A stretch of 64,000 nucleotides of DNA, taken from contig OY969564.1 in the NCBI GenBank assembly GCA_963701095.1, positions 1,440,001 to 1,504,000 on the forward strand, given 5' to 3'. The first letter of the stretch is position 1, and each line of letters opens with the position of its first letter. The DNA is from an uncultured Methanoregulaceae archaeon (GTDB taxonomy: Archaea > Halobacteriota > Methanomicrobia > Methanomicrobiales > Methanospirillaceae). Below, piece after piece: positions 51,721 to 61,786 of the stretch. The notes below the pieces were generated by a model. The model was not told where the DNA came from. It saw only the letters and a program-made list of their open reading frames with translations, and searched no databases. The translations under genes were made by a program, and so were the position numbers.

Positions 51721-52783
51721 AGTATTCCTCTAAAAGGTAGAAGAAAAGGCAGGCGAGCGAGACGACATCCTGCCGGTTGTGTTCCACTATAGGGAAAAGG
51801 GGGCCGCAATTCTGTGTCCTAAGGTAAGTTTCATAAAATTCAGGTACCATCTGGCCGGGGAGATCATCCGTCCGGTTGATTTTAAGGATAGCTGATTCCA
51901 AAGCAGAGAGGCGGCAGGAAGAAAGTCGTCTTTTCCATCGGCGCCGGGAGAAATGCAACATATCAAAATGAAGGATACGGGGTATCGGACTCAGTCCGTA
52001 GTAGGCAAGCCGGTCCTGAATGTAAGGTAGATCAAAAGCCTTCCCGTTGAACGTTACCAGTGCCTTTCTGCCTGAAATACACCGGGAAGCGATTTCGGTT
52101 AACGCTGACGCTTCCTCATTAATATCGCGTAGCAAATATTGTCGGACAGTGAGATGCTTCTGTTCAATAGTACCTATACCGAAAAGAATGATCGGCCTGG
52201 AAAAAAGTCCAAGCGTTTCAATATCCAGAAATATATAATTTTCAGGTTCAAAAGAACTTGCGGTCCCAAGAGCGAAACGATGCGATTTCTCATGCCGCAA
52301 ACTGACAAGATCCATAACTTCGACCGGATCAGCACGATTCAAAATCTCCAGAACCTGTCTAGCCGCTGGTCTGAACTTCGGATGAGCGATAAGATCAAGA
52401 ATTGTCCGGTAACCCCGCGCCTTCAGACGTCGTTGTGTCAATTCTCCTACCCCACGAACAAGAGTAAGATCGCTGAGCATTTCACGTTTCAAACAATTTG
52501 TATCAAATGGTTGTAGTGGCAGATCATGGTTGCTTTCAAGTACGATGCAGCTGCCATTTTCGTTTGAAGTCTCAATTCCGGAAAACAATGAATTGAATGA
52601 AAAACCCTCGTACCTAGTCATCAGATTGCTGAGAAGAATCTTCGCTTTATCGTATTCCGATGAAAAGACACAGCTTCCGGCAATTCCCGCACCAAAGACA
52701 TTCCCTTCGCGAACAACATTATATTCTCTGAGCGCATCCATCCTCTGCTGCCAGAGTGAGGCGATCCTGCTTTCTGCCTGCAT
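51707..52783 (-). CDS. RNase_H_2/YprB-family exonuclease (MrfB-like)
   Basis: FLDIETLG, TFNGKAFDLP, HFDMLH, HNRQDV; HhH-like VRGVGE; overlaps the helicase start. Confidence 0.88.
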   Translation of the reverse strand: MQAESRIASLWQQRMDALREYNVVREGNVFGAGIAGSCVFSSEYDKAKILLSNLMTRYEGFSFNSLFSGIETSNENGSCIVLESNHDLPLQPFDTNCLKREMLSDLTLVRGVGELTQRRLKARGYRTILDLIAHPKFRPAARQVLEILNRADPVEVMDLVSLRHEKSHRFALGTASSFEPENYIFLDIETLGLFSRPIILFGIGTIEQKHLTVRQYLLRDINEEASALTEIASRCISGRKALVTFNGKAFDLPYIQDRLAYYGLSPIPRILHFDMLHFSRRRWKRRLSSCRLSALESAILKINRTDDLPGQMVPEFYETYLRTQNCGPLFPIVEHNRQDVVSLACLFFYLLEEYYGCS

Positions 52784-52886
52784 AAGGCTACCTGCACAAA
52801 GAAGTCCGGGAATCAACCAGTTAAAGACCGGCCGCGAGGTGTGAAAGTGATGCGAATCCTCATCATACCGCTGCACATACCTTTTT

Positions 52887-53567
52887 TTGATGATCACAGT
52901 TATCCAGCACGGAAAAAACGAGCCTGCTGGCACCATCACAGAATACCTGGTTGCCCACAATGAACCTTTTCAGATCCTCCGGCTTTACAAAGATGATCCT
53001 CTCCCGGATGATCCGCCAGAAAAGCTCATTATTTTGGGTGGCCAGATGAGCGTTAACGATGAAAATCTCTATCCTTTTCTTTCTGCTGAAAAAAAACTGG
53101 TAAGAAAGGCTATAGAACGCGATTGCACGGTACTGGGGATCTGCCTTGGTGCCCAGATGATCGCCTCTGCGTGTGGGAGACGGGTCTTTCAAGATGAAAA
53201 AGAGGTGGGATGGCGAACCATTTACGGCTGTTCACCAGCCTGGAACCAGATGTTCCCACGGTCATTTGAGGTCTTCCAGTGGCATGCTGAAACTTTTGAT
53301 CTCCCGGAGGGGGCAACTCTCCTCGCTAGAGGCGACGTTATTACAAACCAGGCTTTTATTATTCGCAATGCACTTGGTATTCAGTTCCACCCGGAAGTTA
53401 CGGCGCCGGTAATAACGAAGTGGTCACAGGAACTAATTGATACAATGCGATTACCTTTACTCAAAGAGGTGGGAATGAAGATAGAGGAATACAAGCAGCT
53501 CTCAGAACTTATCATGGATTCCTTCTGTACCTGCTGGAATAAAGAAACCGGAGGGAAACCGGAATGA
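52887..53567 (+). CDS. type 1 glutamine amidotransferase
   Basis: LGGQMSV, LGICLGAQ, QWH.ETF, QFHPE. Confidence 0.9.
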   Translation: MMITVIQHGKNEPAGTITEYLVAHNEPFQILRLYKDDPLPDDPPEKLIILGGQMSVNDENLYPFLSAEKKLVRKAIERDCTVLGICLGAQMIASACGRRVFQDEKEVGWRTIYGCSPAWNQMFPRSFEVFQWHAETFDLPEGATLLARGDVITNQAFIIRNALGIQFHPEVTAPVITKWSQELIDTMRLPLLKEVGMKIEEYKQLSELIMDSFCTCWNKETGGKPE

Positions 53568-54343
53568 CTTTTGGGAAGGTGAAAGGATTTTTAATTGATA
53601 TTGATGGTGTTCTTACTACGGGTGACACCGCTATATCCGGAGCCCGGGAAGTAATTGAGAATCTTAAATCACAGGGTTTCCCGTTCAGGTGCGTATCGAA
53701 CTCGACACGGAAGTGCCGGAATACCATTGCGGTCCGGCTAGATACCCTTGGATTTGATATTTCTAAAAACGAGATATTCACGCCGCCGCTTGCAGCGGTT
53801 AAATACATGAAGGAATCAGGAAAAAACCGTGCATGCCTCCTTACCACGGGAGATGTGAACCGGGATTTTGAAGGCACCTGTATTGAAACAGATTCGACTG
53901 CAATTGACTATGTAATAATCGGTGATGCTGGGGACAGAATCACATATGCCATTATGAATCACGCCTTCCGTTGCGTGATGGACGGTGCAGATATAATCGC
54001 ACTTGAGAAAGACCGGTACTGGATGGCATCTGAAGGACTTTCACTCTCAGCAGGGCCTTTTGTTGAGGCTCTCGAATACGCAACCGGGAAGGAAGCCATA
54101 TTGGTAGGCAAACCTGCAAAGGAATTCTTCAGTCTTGCATTGTCAGATATGGGGCTTTCTGCCAAAGATGTCGTGATGATAGGTGATGATATTTTCACTG
54201 ACATCAGTGGTGCGCAGGGTGCAGGAATACGTGGTGTTCTTGTGAAAACAGGTAAGTTCCGTAATGATGTATTTGAAAAAAATACTATACAACCTGCTGC
54301 TGTTATAAATTCCCTCGGGGATATCCAAACTATGATACAATGA
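53564..54343 (+). CDS. HAD-superfamily subfamily IIA hydrolase
   Basis: DIDGVL, SN.T, GKP, MIGDD..TD, VKTGKF. Confidence 0.9.
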   Translation: MTFGKVKGFLIDIDGVLTTGDTAISGAREVIENLKSQGFPFRCVSNSTRKCRNTIAVRLDTLGFDISKNEIFTPPLAAVKYMKESGKNRACLLTTGDVNRDFEGTCIETDSTAIDYVIIGDAGDRITYAIMNHAFRCVMDGADIIALEKDRYWMASEGLSLSAGPFVEALEYATGKEAILVGKPAKEFFSLALSDMGLSAKDVVMIGDDIFTDISGAQGAGIRGVLVKTGKFRNDVFEKNTIQPAAVINSLGDIQTMIQ

Positions 54344-54437
54344 AATACTGCCATGCACCGGATTGAGAGATCTCTTGCATTTAGTTACCAGGAAATGATT
54401 AACGATTCGACGCAGAACCGGATTCAAGCTGACCTCA

Positions 54438-55412
54438 TTACCCGGTTTCATTCGTAAGACTAGAGATCACAAAGGGCCGGGGCCTCTCTTTTGCCCCAAG
54501 CAGACGCTGTTCAGCCATATCGCAGTACTGCCGGGAGATATCGATCCCAATATATCGTCTTCCCGAATTTGCTGCGGCAAGCGTGGTTGTCCCCACACCG
54601 TTGAAAGGGTCGAGAATAATATCGTTTTTAAACGAGAAGAGTTTCATGATCCTTTGTGGAAGCTCCTCAGGGAACATTGCCGGGTGACCAAACTCTTTCA
54701 TCCGGCGCTCAGGAGTGATCTTCCATCGGCCGATCACCCATTCCTTGAATTCATCTGCCGTAATATCAATGTCTTCACGTCTGCCCGTCTTTTTATGGGT
54801 ACCCTTGTCAAAGACTTCAACGAACTCCCAGGTATATTTTATATAAGGCATTGAGGGGGACTTCCAGCTTCCCCACGCCGTATACTTGGCATTGTAGTTG
54901 TTCTTTTCCCAGAGGAACTCTGCCTTCCAGAGAAGCCCGAGTCCCAAAAGCTGGTTCGAGATGATATGATGGGTAGGAACATAATCCGAGAAAAGCGGCT
55001 GGATATTGACAGCCATTCTCCCTCCAGGAATGAGCACCCGTGCGCATTCCTGCCAGATGGCATGAAGGGTTGCAAAGTATTCGTTCCACTCATGGGTATC
55101 GTCATGAGGATCCTGAGCATAAGCATGACCAAAATTATACGGCGGCGAAGTAATTATAAGATCGATGCTTTCCGAGGGAAGATTGCGAAGAAGGGTAAGA
55201 GTATCTCCGCAAATGATCCGGTTAATAAAAGGTCCGATCTCCGGGATCTCCCGCGAAAACAAAGATTGTTTTGCCTCTTTAGAGCCTTTCCGGACCTTTG
55301 CTTTTCCGGCTTTATCCTTCACTTTTTCCTCGCGCACAGGTAACGCATCCTTTAAAGTATTGATATACCGGAGGAGATAAAACACCTCGTCTTCAGGAAT
55401 TTCTTTATTCAT
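54438..55412 (-). CDS. orphan beta-class N4/N6 DNA methyltransferase
   Basis: TSPPY (motif IV) precedes HPAMFP and LDPFNGVGTT (motif I); no neighbouring endonuclease. Confidence 0.92.
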   Translation of the reverse strand: MNKEIPEDEVFYLLRYINTLKDALPVREEKVKDKAGKAKVRKGSKEAKQSLFSREIPEIGPFINRIICGDTLTLLRNLPSESIDLIITSPPYNFGHAYAQDPHDDTHEWNEYFATLHAIWQECARVLIPGGRMAVNIQPLFSDYVPTHHIISNQLLGLGLLWKAEFLWEKNNYNAKYTAWGSWKSPSMPYIKYTWEFVEVFDKGTHKKTGRREDIDITADEFKEWVIGRWKITPERRMKEFGHPAMFPEELPQRIMKLFSFKNDIILDPFNGVGTTTLAAANSGRRYIGIDISRQYCDMAEQRLLGAKERPRPFVISSLTNETG

Positions 55413-55503
55413 CTCGTTTTTTTCCCCGGTAAAATGACAGACAATATAGCTCATTGAAAAGCGTTTAATGCAGACATCGACATACACTCATGCGGTTAAT
55501 CGT

Positions 55504-56235
55504 ATGCTGGATATTGAAGATCTGCATGTGAACGTCGGAGACAAAGAGGTGTTGCACGGTATCAACCTCCACATTGATGCCGGAGAAACACACGTGCTCA
55601 TGGGCCCCAATGGCTCCGGGAAAACGACACTTCTTATGACACTGATGGGTTTTTCAAACTACACGATCACCAAAGGAAAAATCACCTTCAACGGCGAGGA
55701 CGTAACTGCAATGCATGCCGATGAACGTGCTAAACGTGGAATGGGAATGCTCTTCCAGCGCCCGCCGACTATCTCCGGGCTCAAGCTGGGCAAGCTGCTC
55801 ACCGCGATTTCCCGGAACAGCAGTACTGATATTCCCGAGCTCGCCAAATCGGTGCATATGGCCGCTTTTCTTGAACGGGATATCAATAAGGGATTTTCCG
55901 GGGGAGAGATCAAAAGGAGTGAAGTGCTCCAGCTCATGGTCCAGGATCCGAACTTTGTAATGCTTGATGAACCGGAAAGCGGCGTCGATCTTGAAAATAT
56001 CTCGCTTATAGGGAAAGCAATTGGATCGCTGCTGGAAAAGGAGAAACGGATCATAACGCGGGCAAAAAGCGGCCTTGTGATCACTCATACGGGATTCATT
56101 CTTGATTACCTTGATGCGGACAAGGGGCATGTGATGTGTGATGGTATGATCAAATGCCATGGAAATCCCCGGGAAATATTAAAGGATATCAAACAGCGCG
56201 GGTATAAGGAGTGCCTGGAATGTCGTCAGAGCTGA
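55504..56235 (+). CDS. sufC: Fe-S cluster assembly ATPase SufC (SmsC)
   Basis: GPNGSGKT, GFSGGE.KR.E, LDEPESGVD, C-terminal CLEC. Confidence 0.92.
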   Translation: MLDIEDLHVNVGDKEVLHGINLHIDAGETHVLMGPNGSGKTTLLMTLMGFSNYTITKGKITFNGEDVTAMHADERAKRGMGMLFQRPPTISGLKLGKLLTAISRNSSTDIPELAKSVHMAAFLERDINKGFSGGEIKRSEVLQLMVQDPNFVMLDEPESGVDLENISLIGKAIGSLLEKEKRIITRAKSGLVITHTGFILDYLDADKGHVMCDGMIKCHGNPREILKDIKQRGYKECLECRQS

Positions 56236-57336
56236 ATGCGCCGGGAATGTCAAATGAGGATAAGGAGCGGCTCGTTCAATCGGGAATCGAATTATCCATG
56301 GAAAACCGTTGTGGCAGTTATCTTCAGATGAACCAGGATGTTATCCACTCTGAATGCAACGAGGAAGGCATCGAAGTTCTTTCCTATAAGAGAGCGATGG
56401 AGAAATATGACTGGCTTCAGGAGTATAACTGGAAGGCAGTCTCAAAGGATAAAGACGAGATAACAAAGTACGTCAGCTGAACAGAAAGATCCGAAGGGTT
56501 ACGTAATCATAGCACATAAGGGGACAAGCAATATTCTCCCGATCCAGGCATGCCTTTACCTAGGTCGGGAAACGATCCAGCACGTGCACAATATCATTGT
56601 AGCAGAGGAGGGAGTCGAGCTCCATATTATTTCAGGATGCACAAGCGGCGGGCACGTTGGCCCTGGAGCCGCACATTACGGTGTATCAGAGTTCTACATC
56701 AAAAAAGACGCAAAAATCAGCTTCACCATGATCCACACATGGACGGAAAACATTGAGGTGTTCCCACGAAGTGCGTCTATTGTGGAGGAAAACGGGGTTT
56801 TCATCTCGAATTATGTCTGCATGCAACCTGTAAAAAAAGTCCAGATGTACCCAACAGCAACATTAAAAGGGGAGAACTCTGTTGCACGATTCTCGACAAT
56901 TACCATCGCCTCTCCCACCTCGTACTTTGATGTTGGTTCCAAGGCAATCCTTCATGGAAAGGGCTCGAGTGCAGAACTGATTGCCCGTGCAATCACAAAA
57001 GGGGGAACCATCATTTCCCGGGGCCAAATTATAGGGGAGACCTCAGGAACCCGGGGACATCTCGAATGCAAGGGCCTAATTCTCAAAGATGGCACTATTT
57101 ACGCGATTCCGGAGATTGATGGAAGGGTAGTCGGGACAGAACTTTCTCACGAAGCGGCGATCGGCAAACTGGCACAGGACGAGATCGAGTACCTAATGTC
57201 ACGGGGACTTTCAGAAGACGAAGCTACCGCGACGATTATCCGTGGATTCCTTGACGTTAAGATCGCCGGTCTTCCCGAGGCATTGCAGAAACAGATCGAT
57301 GCCACTATCGATGTGGCGGAGAAGGCAGGATTCTAG
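56220..57336 (+). CDS. sufB: Fe-S cluster assembly SufB/SufD-family protein (SmsB); one frameshift at ~56475
   Basis: HNII, SGCT, GHLECKGL, PEI, SHEAAIGK, YLMSRGL; N-terminus lies in ORF 56211-56480. Confidence 0.9.
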
Positions 57337-57354
57337 GTTCTTTTTTCACGATTT

Positions 57355-58008
57355 ATGACAAACTCATATCCTCGATCTGATGAACGACGCAGGATGGTTG
57401 AACTGCAGATAGAAGCCCGAGGTATCATGGATCCGGGCGTTCTCTCTGCGATGCGAGAGGTTCCCCGGCACCTTTTCATCCCACAACCATGGAACAGGGA
57501 TGCATATGCGGATGCTCCGCTGCCAATTGGAAGCGGTCAGACTATTTCGCAACCATATATCGTAGCGCTTATGACCGAACTGCTCCACCCCAAACCCACC
57601 GATACCGTGCTTGAAATCGGCGCAGGAAGCGGATACCAAGCCGCCATACTTTCGATGATTGTTAAAAAAGTAATTACCATTGAACGCATTGAGACTGTGG
57701 CGGAGCATGCACGTACTAATCTTGCGAACGTCCAGGCAAAAAATGTGGAAATTGTTTTGGGGGATGGAACACTTGGTTATCCACTTTCAGCCCCGTACAA
57801 CGGGATCCTTGTTACTGCCGCAACTCCTACGATACCGGAACCGCTCAAAGCCCAGCTCGCGGACGGTGGAAGGCTTGTCGCGCCGGTAGGCAGTCGTTCG
57901 ATCCAGGATCTCATCGTAATCGAACATCATGGTGATCAATTCCGGGAGGAACAGTATGGCGGTGTCCGTTTTGTTCCTCTCGTAGGTAAGTTTGGATGGG
58001 AAGAATAA
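57355..58008 (+). CDS. pcm: protein-L-isoaspartate O-methyltransferase
   Basis: VPRHLF, GQTISQP, LEIGAGSGY, RFVPL. Confidence 0.95.
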   Translation: MTNSYPRSDERRRMVELQIEARGIMDPGVLSAMREVPRHLFIPQPWNRDAYADAPLPIGSGQTISQPYIVALMTELLHPKPTDTVLEIGAGSGYQAAILSMIVKKVITIERIETVAEHARTNLANVQAKNVEIVLGDGTLGYPLSAPYNGILVTAATPTIPEPLKAQLADGGRLVAPVGSRSIQDLIVIEHHGDQFREEQYGGVRFVPLVGKFGWEE

Positions 58009-58011
58009 CCT

Positions 58012-58626
58012 ATGAAAATCATCGATATCACACGGCCACTTTCCAGTTCAACTGTGTCTTTTCCCGGGGATCCACCACCGCAGTTTATCCAGAGGGATGC
58101 TGGGCTTTACCAGATAAGTGACCTACGAATGAACAGCCACTCAGGAACCCATATCGACGCTCCTGTGCATTATCTTAAAAAGGGGGATACAATCGATACA
58201 ATCCCTCTCGATAATCTTATCGGCCCGTGCAGGGTACTGGATGTGACATTTGCAGGAAATACGATTACAGCCACACATCTTCGTGGCAGGCTTGGCAATG
58301 AGAAGCGGATCCTTCTCAAAACGACATTTTCAAAAGAAACCCGGTTTCGGGAGGATTTTCCTCACATAACAAAAGATGCAGCAAAACTTCTCAGTGAACG
58401 GGGTACTCTTTGTCTGGGAATAGATTCCTTCTCTATTGAAGCTTTTGTCTGCGATGGATCGGTGCATCGGGAGCTTCTTGGAAATGGTTGTATTATCGTC
58501 GAACTCCTCGATCTTTCAAGCATTGATGAGGGAGAATACGAAATGGCCGCCCTGCCATTGCGCCTTACCGGTCTGGATGGCGCACCGGCCCGGGTTGTGC
58601 TTATGCGAAAAGAATTCGGGGAATAA
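58012..58626 (+). CDS. cyclase family / kynurenine formamidase-like metallohydrolase
   Basis: FPGDP, HSGTHIDAP.H, GID..S, DGAPARV. Confidence 0.9.
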   Translation: MKIIDITRPLSSSTVSFPGDPPPQFIQRDAGLYQISDLRMNSHSGTHIDAPVHYLKKGDTIDTIPLDNLIGPCRVLDVTFAGNTITATHLRGRLGNEKRILLKTTFSKETRFREDFPHITKDAAKLLSERGTLCLGIDSFSIEAFVCDGSVHRELLGNGCIIVELLDLSSIDEGEYEMAALPLRLTGLDGAPARVVLMRKEFGE

Positions 58627-59264
58627 TGGATATCATTAAAGATTCAGTAAAACGCCTCGAAGATATCCTCGAGCACAGCGGTTGTGAAGACACCGGTGTT
58701 CTCCTTGATGTCGATCCTGATGCCAAGAACTGCCAGTTTGAACGAGGCGCATGCACGACCGCATCGTTTGGGGGGAGAACTGCGGAATTTGTGACAGATG
58801 ATCCAATCCGTGCCATGACAAAGATTTCATTCATGTTCGGGGCTCCTCTGGATGCCCCGGGTGTTCGCGGTGCCGCATGTGCCATTATCAATGTCGCCAC
58901 CGTATTTTTCTGTCTCTCACGTGTTCGACGGGCCTGTCCTGTAGTTTCGCACACTGCCTGCCTTAACGAAATCACGGAAGAACTCAATGGACGCCGGATA
59001 TTTTGTGTCGGAAAAATACCTATACTGGAGAGGTCTGGAGGAATCAGCGTAACTAATGATATCGATGAAGCGGAAATCATTCTGGTCAATAACGAGGGAA
59101 TAATTGCCTCGGAAACAGGAAATCTCATAGAGTCTTTCTCCGGGAGAAAACGCACCATATTTCTGGGGCCATCAACCTCCGGGGTCTGCCGGCTCCAGCA
59201 GGGAGAACACTGGTGCCCCTATGGCCTTTCCAAGCCGAATGTCATGCCAGATCCCTCGCGGTAA
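58626..59264 (+). CDS. Cys-rich hypothetical protein (possible DUF364-like C-terminus)
   Basis: Translationally coupled; IFLGPSTSG and HWCPYG near the C-terminus. Confidence 0.7.
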   Translation: MDIIKDSVKRLEDILEHSGCEDTGVLLDVDPDAKNCQFERGACTTASFGGRTAEFVTDDPIRAMTKISFMFGAPLDAPGVRGAACAIINVATVFFCLSRVRRACPVVSHTACLNEITEELNGRRIFCVGKIPILERSGGISVTNDIDEAEIILVNNEGIIASETGNLIESFSGRKRTIFLGPSTSGVCRLQQGEHWCPYGLSKPNVMPDPSR

Positions 59265-59306
59265 AAAGGCTAAAACTCTTTTTATACAAAAAGCCCATCC
59301 TCATGC

Positions 59307-60560
59307 ATGCTTTTTGGCTCTTCGGGAATACGTCAGCGGTTCGACCGGGCACTCGTGGAAACCACACTCAGCGTCGGCGCCATAATAGGAGAACGATTCC
59401 CTGACTGCATCGTGGGAATTGATACCCGGACCACAAGCCCGCTGCTTGCCCGCGCTATAATTTCAGGTATTACCGGAGCAGGAGGAGATGCACGCTTTAC
59501 CGGAATTGTCCCTACTCCCTCTGTTGCATACAATGCACGAACCGTAAAAGCCGGATGCATGATCACTGCATCCCATAACCCCGAGGAGTATAATGGTATT
59601 AAACTATTCAACCCGGACGGTTCCTCATTCACCCTTGCCCAGCAAAAATCAGTAGAGGAAAATCTCAATAAACCGCATTGGACCACCTGGCAGCACCAGG
59701 GGGTAGAATCTTCCTTTGACGCTCTTTCACCCCATAAAAAGGCGATCCTTGATGCAGTATCCATAGAGCCAAAACTCTCTGTGGTCATTGATTGCGGGAA
59801 CGGAGCAGGCTCCCTTATGACCCCTGGTCTTATGGCCGACGCAGAGGTAAAAACAATCTGTCTCAACTGCAATCCCGCAGGAAAGTTCGCACGTCCATCC
59901 GAACCACTCAAGGAATATCTAGGCTATGTCGGAGAAATCATAAAGGAAACCGGGGCTGATTGTGCAGTTGTTCATGACGGTGATGCAGATCGTATGGTGG
60001 GGTTTGATAATAGGGGAAGGTATATTGATGGAGATCACCTTCTCCTTCTCTTTGCTGAACACCTCGGCGCAAAAAAAGTGGTAACTACAAGCGACGCCTC
60101 GATGATTATTGAAGAGGTTGCGGATGTCCATCGGACACCGGTGGGGGATAACTTCGTATCGGAGGAACTTCTTTCATGGGGAGATTTCGGAGGTGAGCCC
60201 AGTGGCGCCTGGATCTTCCCCCATCACTCCTTATGCCCGGATGGTCCTTTTGCAGCGGCCCTCTTCTGCGAGATTGCGTCGGGCTGCGATATCGCGGAAC
60301 GGCTCGACGCTATGCCATCTTATCCCATCCTCAGAGAATCTATGCAGGATGAGCGGGCACGCGAAATTGTTACGAGTCTTGGTGCTGAAAATCCAACAGA
60401 CGGGATACGGGTTGCACAGGAAAATGGTTGGTATCTCATAAGGGCTAGTGGAACTGAGCCTAAGATCAGAATTACGGCTGAAGGAACCACTTTTCCAATC
60501 GCAAAAGAGATGATGGAGCAAGGAAAATCTCGTGTCCGGCAGGGAAAACTGCTTAAATAA
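59307..60560 (+). CDS. glmM: phosphoglucosamine mutase
   Basis: LFGSSGIR, ITASHNP, DGDADR, RASGTEP; lies beside glmU-like and glmS genes. Confidence 0.88.
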   Translation: MLFGSSGIRQRFDRALVETTLSVGAIIGERFPDCIVGIDTRTTSPLLARAIISGITGAGGDARFTGIVPTPSVAYNARTVKAGCMITASHNPEEYNGIKLFNPDGSSFTLAQQKSVEENLNKPHWTTWQHQGVESSFDALSPHKKAILDAVSIEPKLSVVIDCGNGAGSLMTPGLMADAEVKTICLNCNPAGKFARPSEPLKEYLGYVGEIIKETGADCAVVHDGDADRMVGFDNRGRYIDGDHLLLLFAEHLGAKKVVTTSDASMIIEEVADVHRTPVGDNFVSEELLSWGDFGGEPSGAWIFPHHSLCPDGPFAAALFCEIASGCDIAERLDAMPSYPILRESMQDERAREIVTSLGAENPTDGIRVAQENGWYLIRASGTEPKIRITAEGTTFPIAKEMMEQGKSRVRQGKLLK

Positions 60561-60578
60561 TGCCGGAGAGGTGTATCT

Positions 60579-61778
60579 ATGCAATGCGTTGTGCTTGCGG
60601 CTGGTGAGGGTAAACGAATGCGCCCCCTGACTGCCCAGCGCCCGAAAGTCATGCTCCCGGTGGCAAACCGCCCGATGATGGAACATCTCGTTCTAGCTGC
60701 ACGGGATGCCGGCATCACGGATTTTATATTTGTGGTCGGCTACGGCGCACGTGAAGTTCGCTCCCATTTCGGTGATGGCGAACGTTTCGGAATACACATT
60801 ATGTACGCCCCGCAACGACAACAATCGGGAACTGCAGATGCCCTTCGTTCAGCACAGAATCTCATATCGGGCCCGTTCCTTGCTATGAACGGGGACATGA
60901 TCCTTACAAGTGCCGACATCTCCAGGATGATTCAAACGCCACCTCCATGTATGGGTACAAGTACCACCGATCATCCCGGGGATTTCGGCGTTGTTCTAGT
61001 GGAAAACGAACGGGTCATTGCTCTCGAAGAGAAATCAAAACACCCAAAATCCGATATTATTAACGCTGGTGCGTACCTTTTTTCTCAAGAAATCTTTGAT
61101 TTGCTGGCACAAGTACAACCTTCGTCACGCGGTGAACTCGAACTCACAGATGCACTCGGTGTCTTGATTGCAAGGCAAAGTCTTATGGCGGTTTCTCTTT
61201 CTACATGGATGGATATAGGATATCCCTGGGACTTATTGGACGCTAATGCAGTCCTTCTGGCTAAGATTTCTTCGGTAAACTTGGGGACAATTGAAGAAGG
61301 TGTCCATCTGTCAGGTCCTGTCATCATTGGTAAAGATACGATAGTGAAATCAGGAACCTATATCGAAGGACCCTGTGTTATCGGTAATAACTGCCGGATA
61401 GGTCCACATGCGTACATCCGGGGCGCGACAAGTATCGGAGATGAATGCCATATAGGACATTGCACTGAACTTAAGAATTCCGTTATAATGGCTAAAACAA
61501 AGATCCCCCACTTCAATTATGTCGGTGATTCCGTCATCGGAAGCGGATGTAATTTTGGTGCAGGGACAAAAGTTGCAAACCTTCGTCACGACCACGCTCC
61601 GGTCAGGGCCGGAGGAAATGATACCAGACATACGAAGTTTGGTGCTGTCGTCGGGGACAACGTAAGCTTTGGGATCAACTGTTCGGTCAATGTCGGTTCT
61701 GTAATCGGTAGTAATGCACAATTTGCACCCAACAGTTACATTGAAGGACGTTTTGGGGAGAACTCAACAATCCGGTAG
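60579..61778 (+). CDS. glmU: bifunctional sugar-1-phosphate nucleotidylyltransferase/acetyltransferase (archaeal GlmU-like)
   Basis: LAAGEGKRMRPLT..RPK, RGE.E.TD, hexapeptide repeats, HFNYVGDS. Confidence 0.88.
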   Translation: MQCVVLAAGEGKRMRPLTAQRPKVMLPVANRPMMEHLVLAARDAGITDFIFVVGYGAREVRSHFGDGERFGIHIMYAPQRQQSGTADALRSAQNLISGPFLAMNGDMILTSADISRMIQTPPPCMGTSTTDHPGDFGVVLVENERVIALEEKSKHPKSDIINAGAYLFSQEIFDLLAQVQPSSRGELELTDALGVLIARQSLMAVSLSTWMDIGYPWDLLDANAVLLAKISSVNLGTIEEGVHLSGPVIIGKDTIVKSGTYIEGPCVIGNNCRIGPHAYIRGATSIGDECHIGHCTELKNSVIMAKTKIPHFNYVGDSVIGSGCNFGAGTKVANLRHDHAPVRAGGNDTRHTKFGAVVGDNVSFGINCSVNVGSVIGSNAQFAPNSYIEGRFGENSTIR

Positions 61779-61786
61779 GTAAAGAT

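Noticed and set aside
49411..55412. DUF1998 helicase near a DNA methyltransferase as a DISARM/Druantia-like defence system
   Set aside because: The helicase and DUF1998 are fused and coupled to a YprB/RNase_H_2 nuclease, which is the known MrfAB/Hrq1 repair pair. There is no drmA, drmC or drmD, and the MTase is separated by unrelated genes.
56470..56482. TGA in sufB as selenocysteine or stop readthrough
   Set aside because: The downstream coding sequence is in a different frame, so this is a frameshift and not an in-frame stop.
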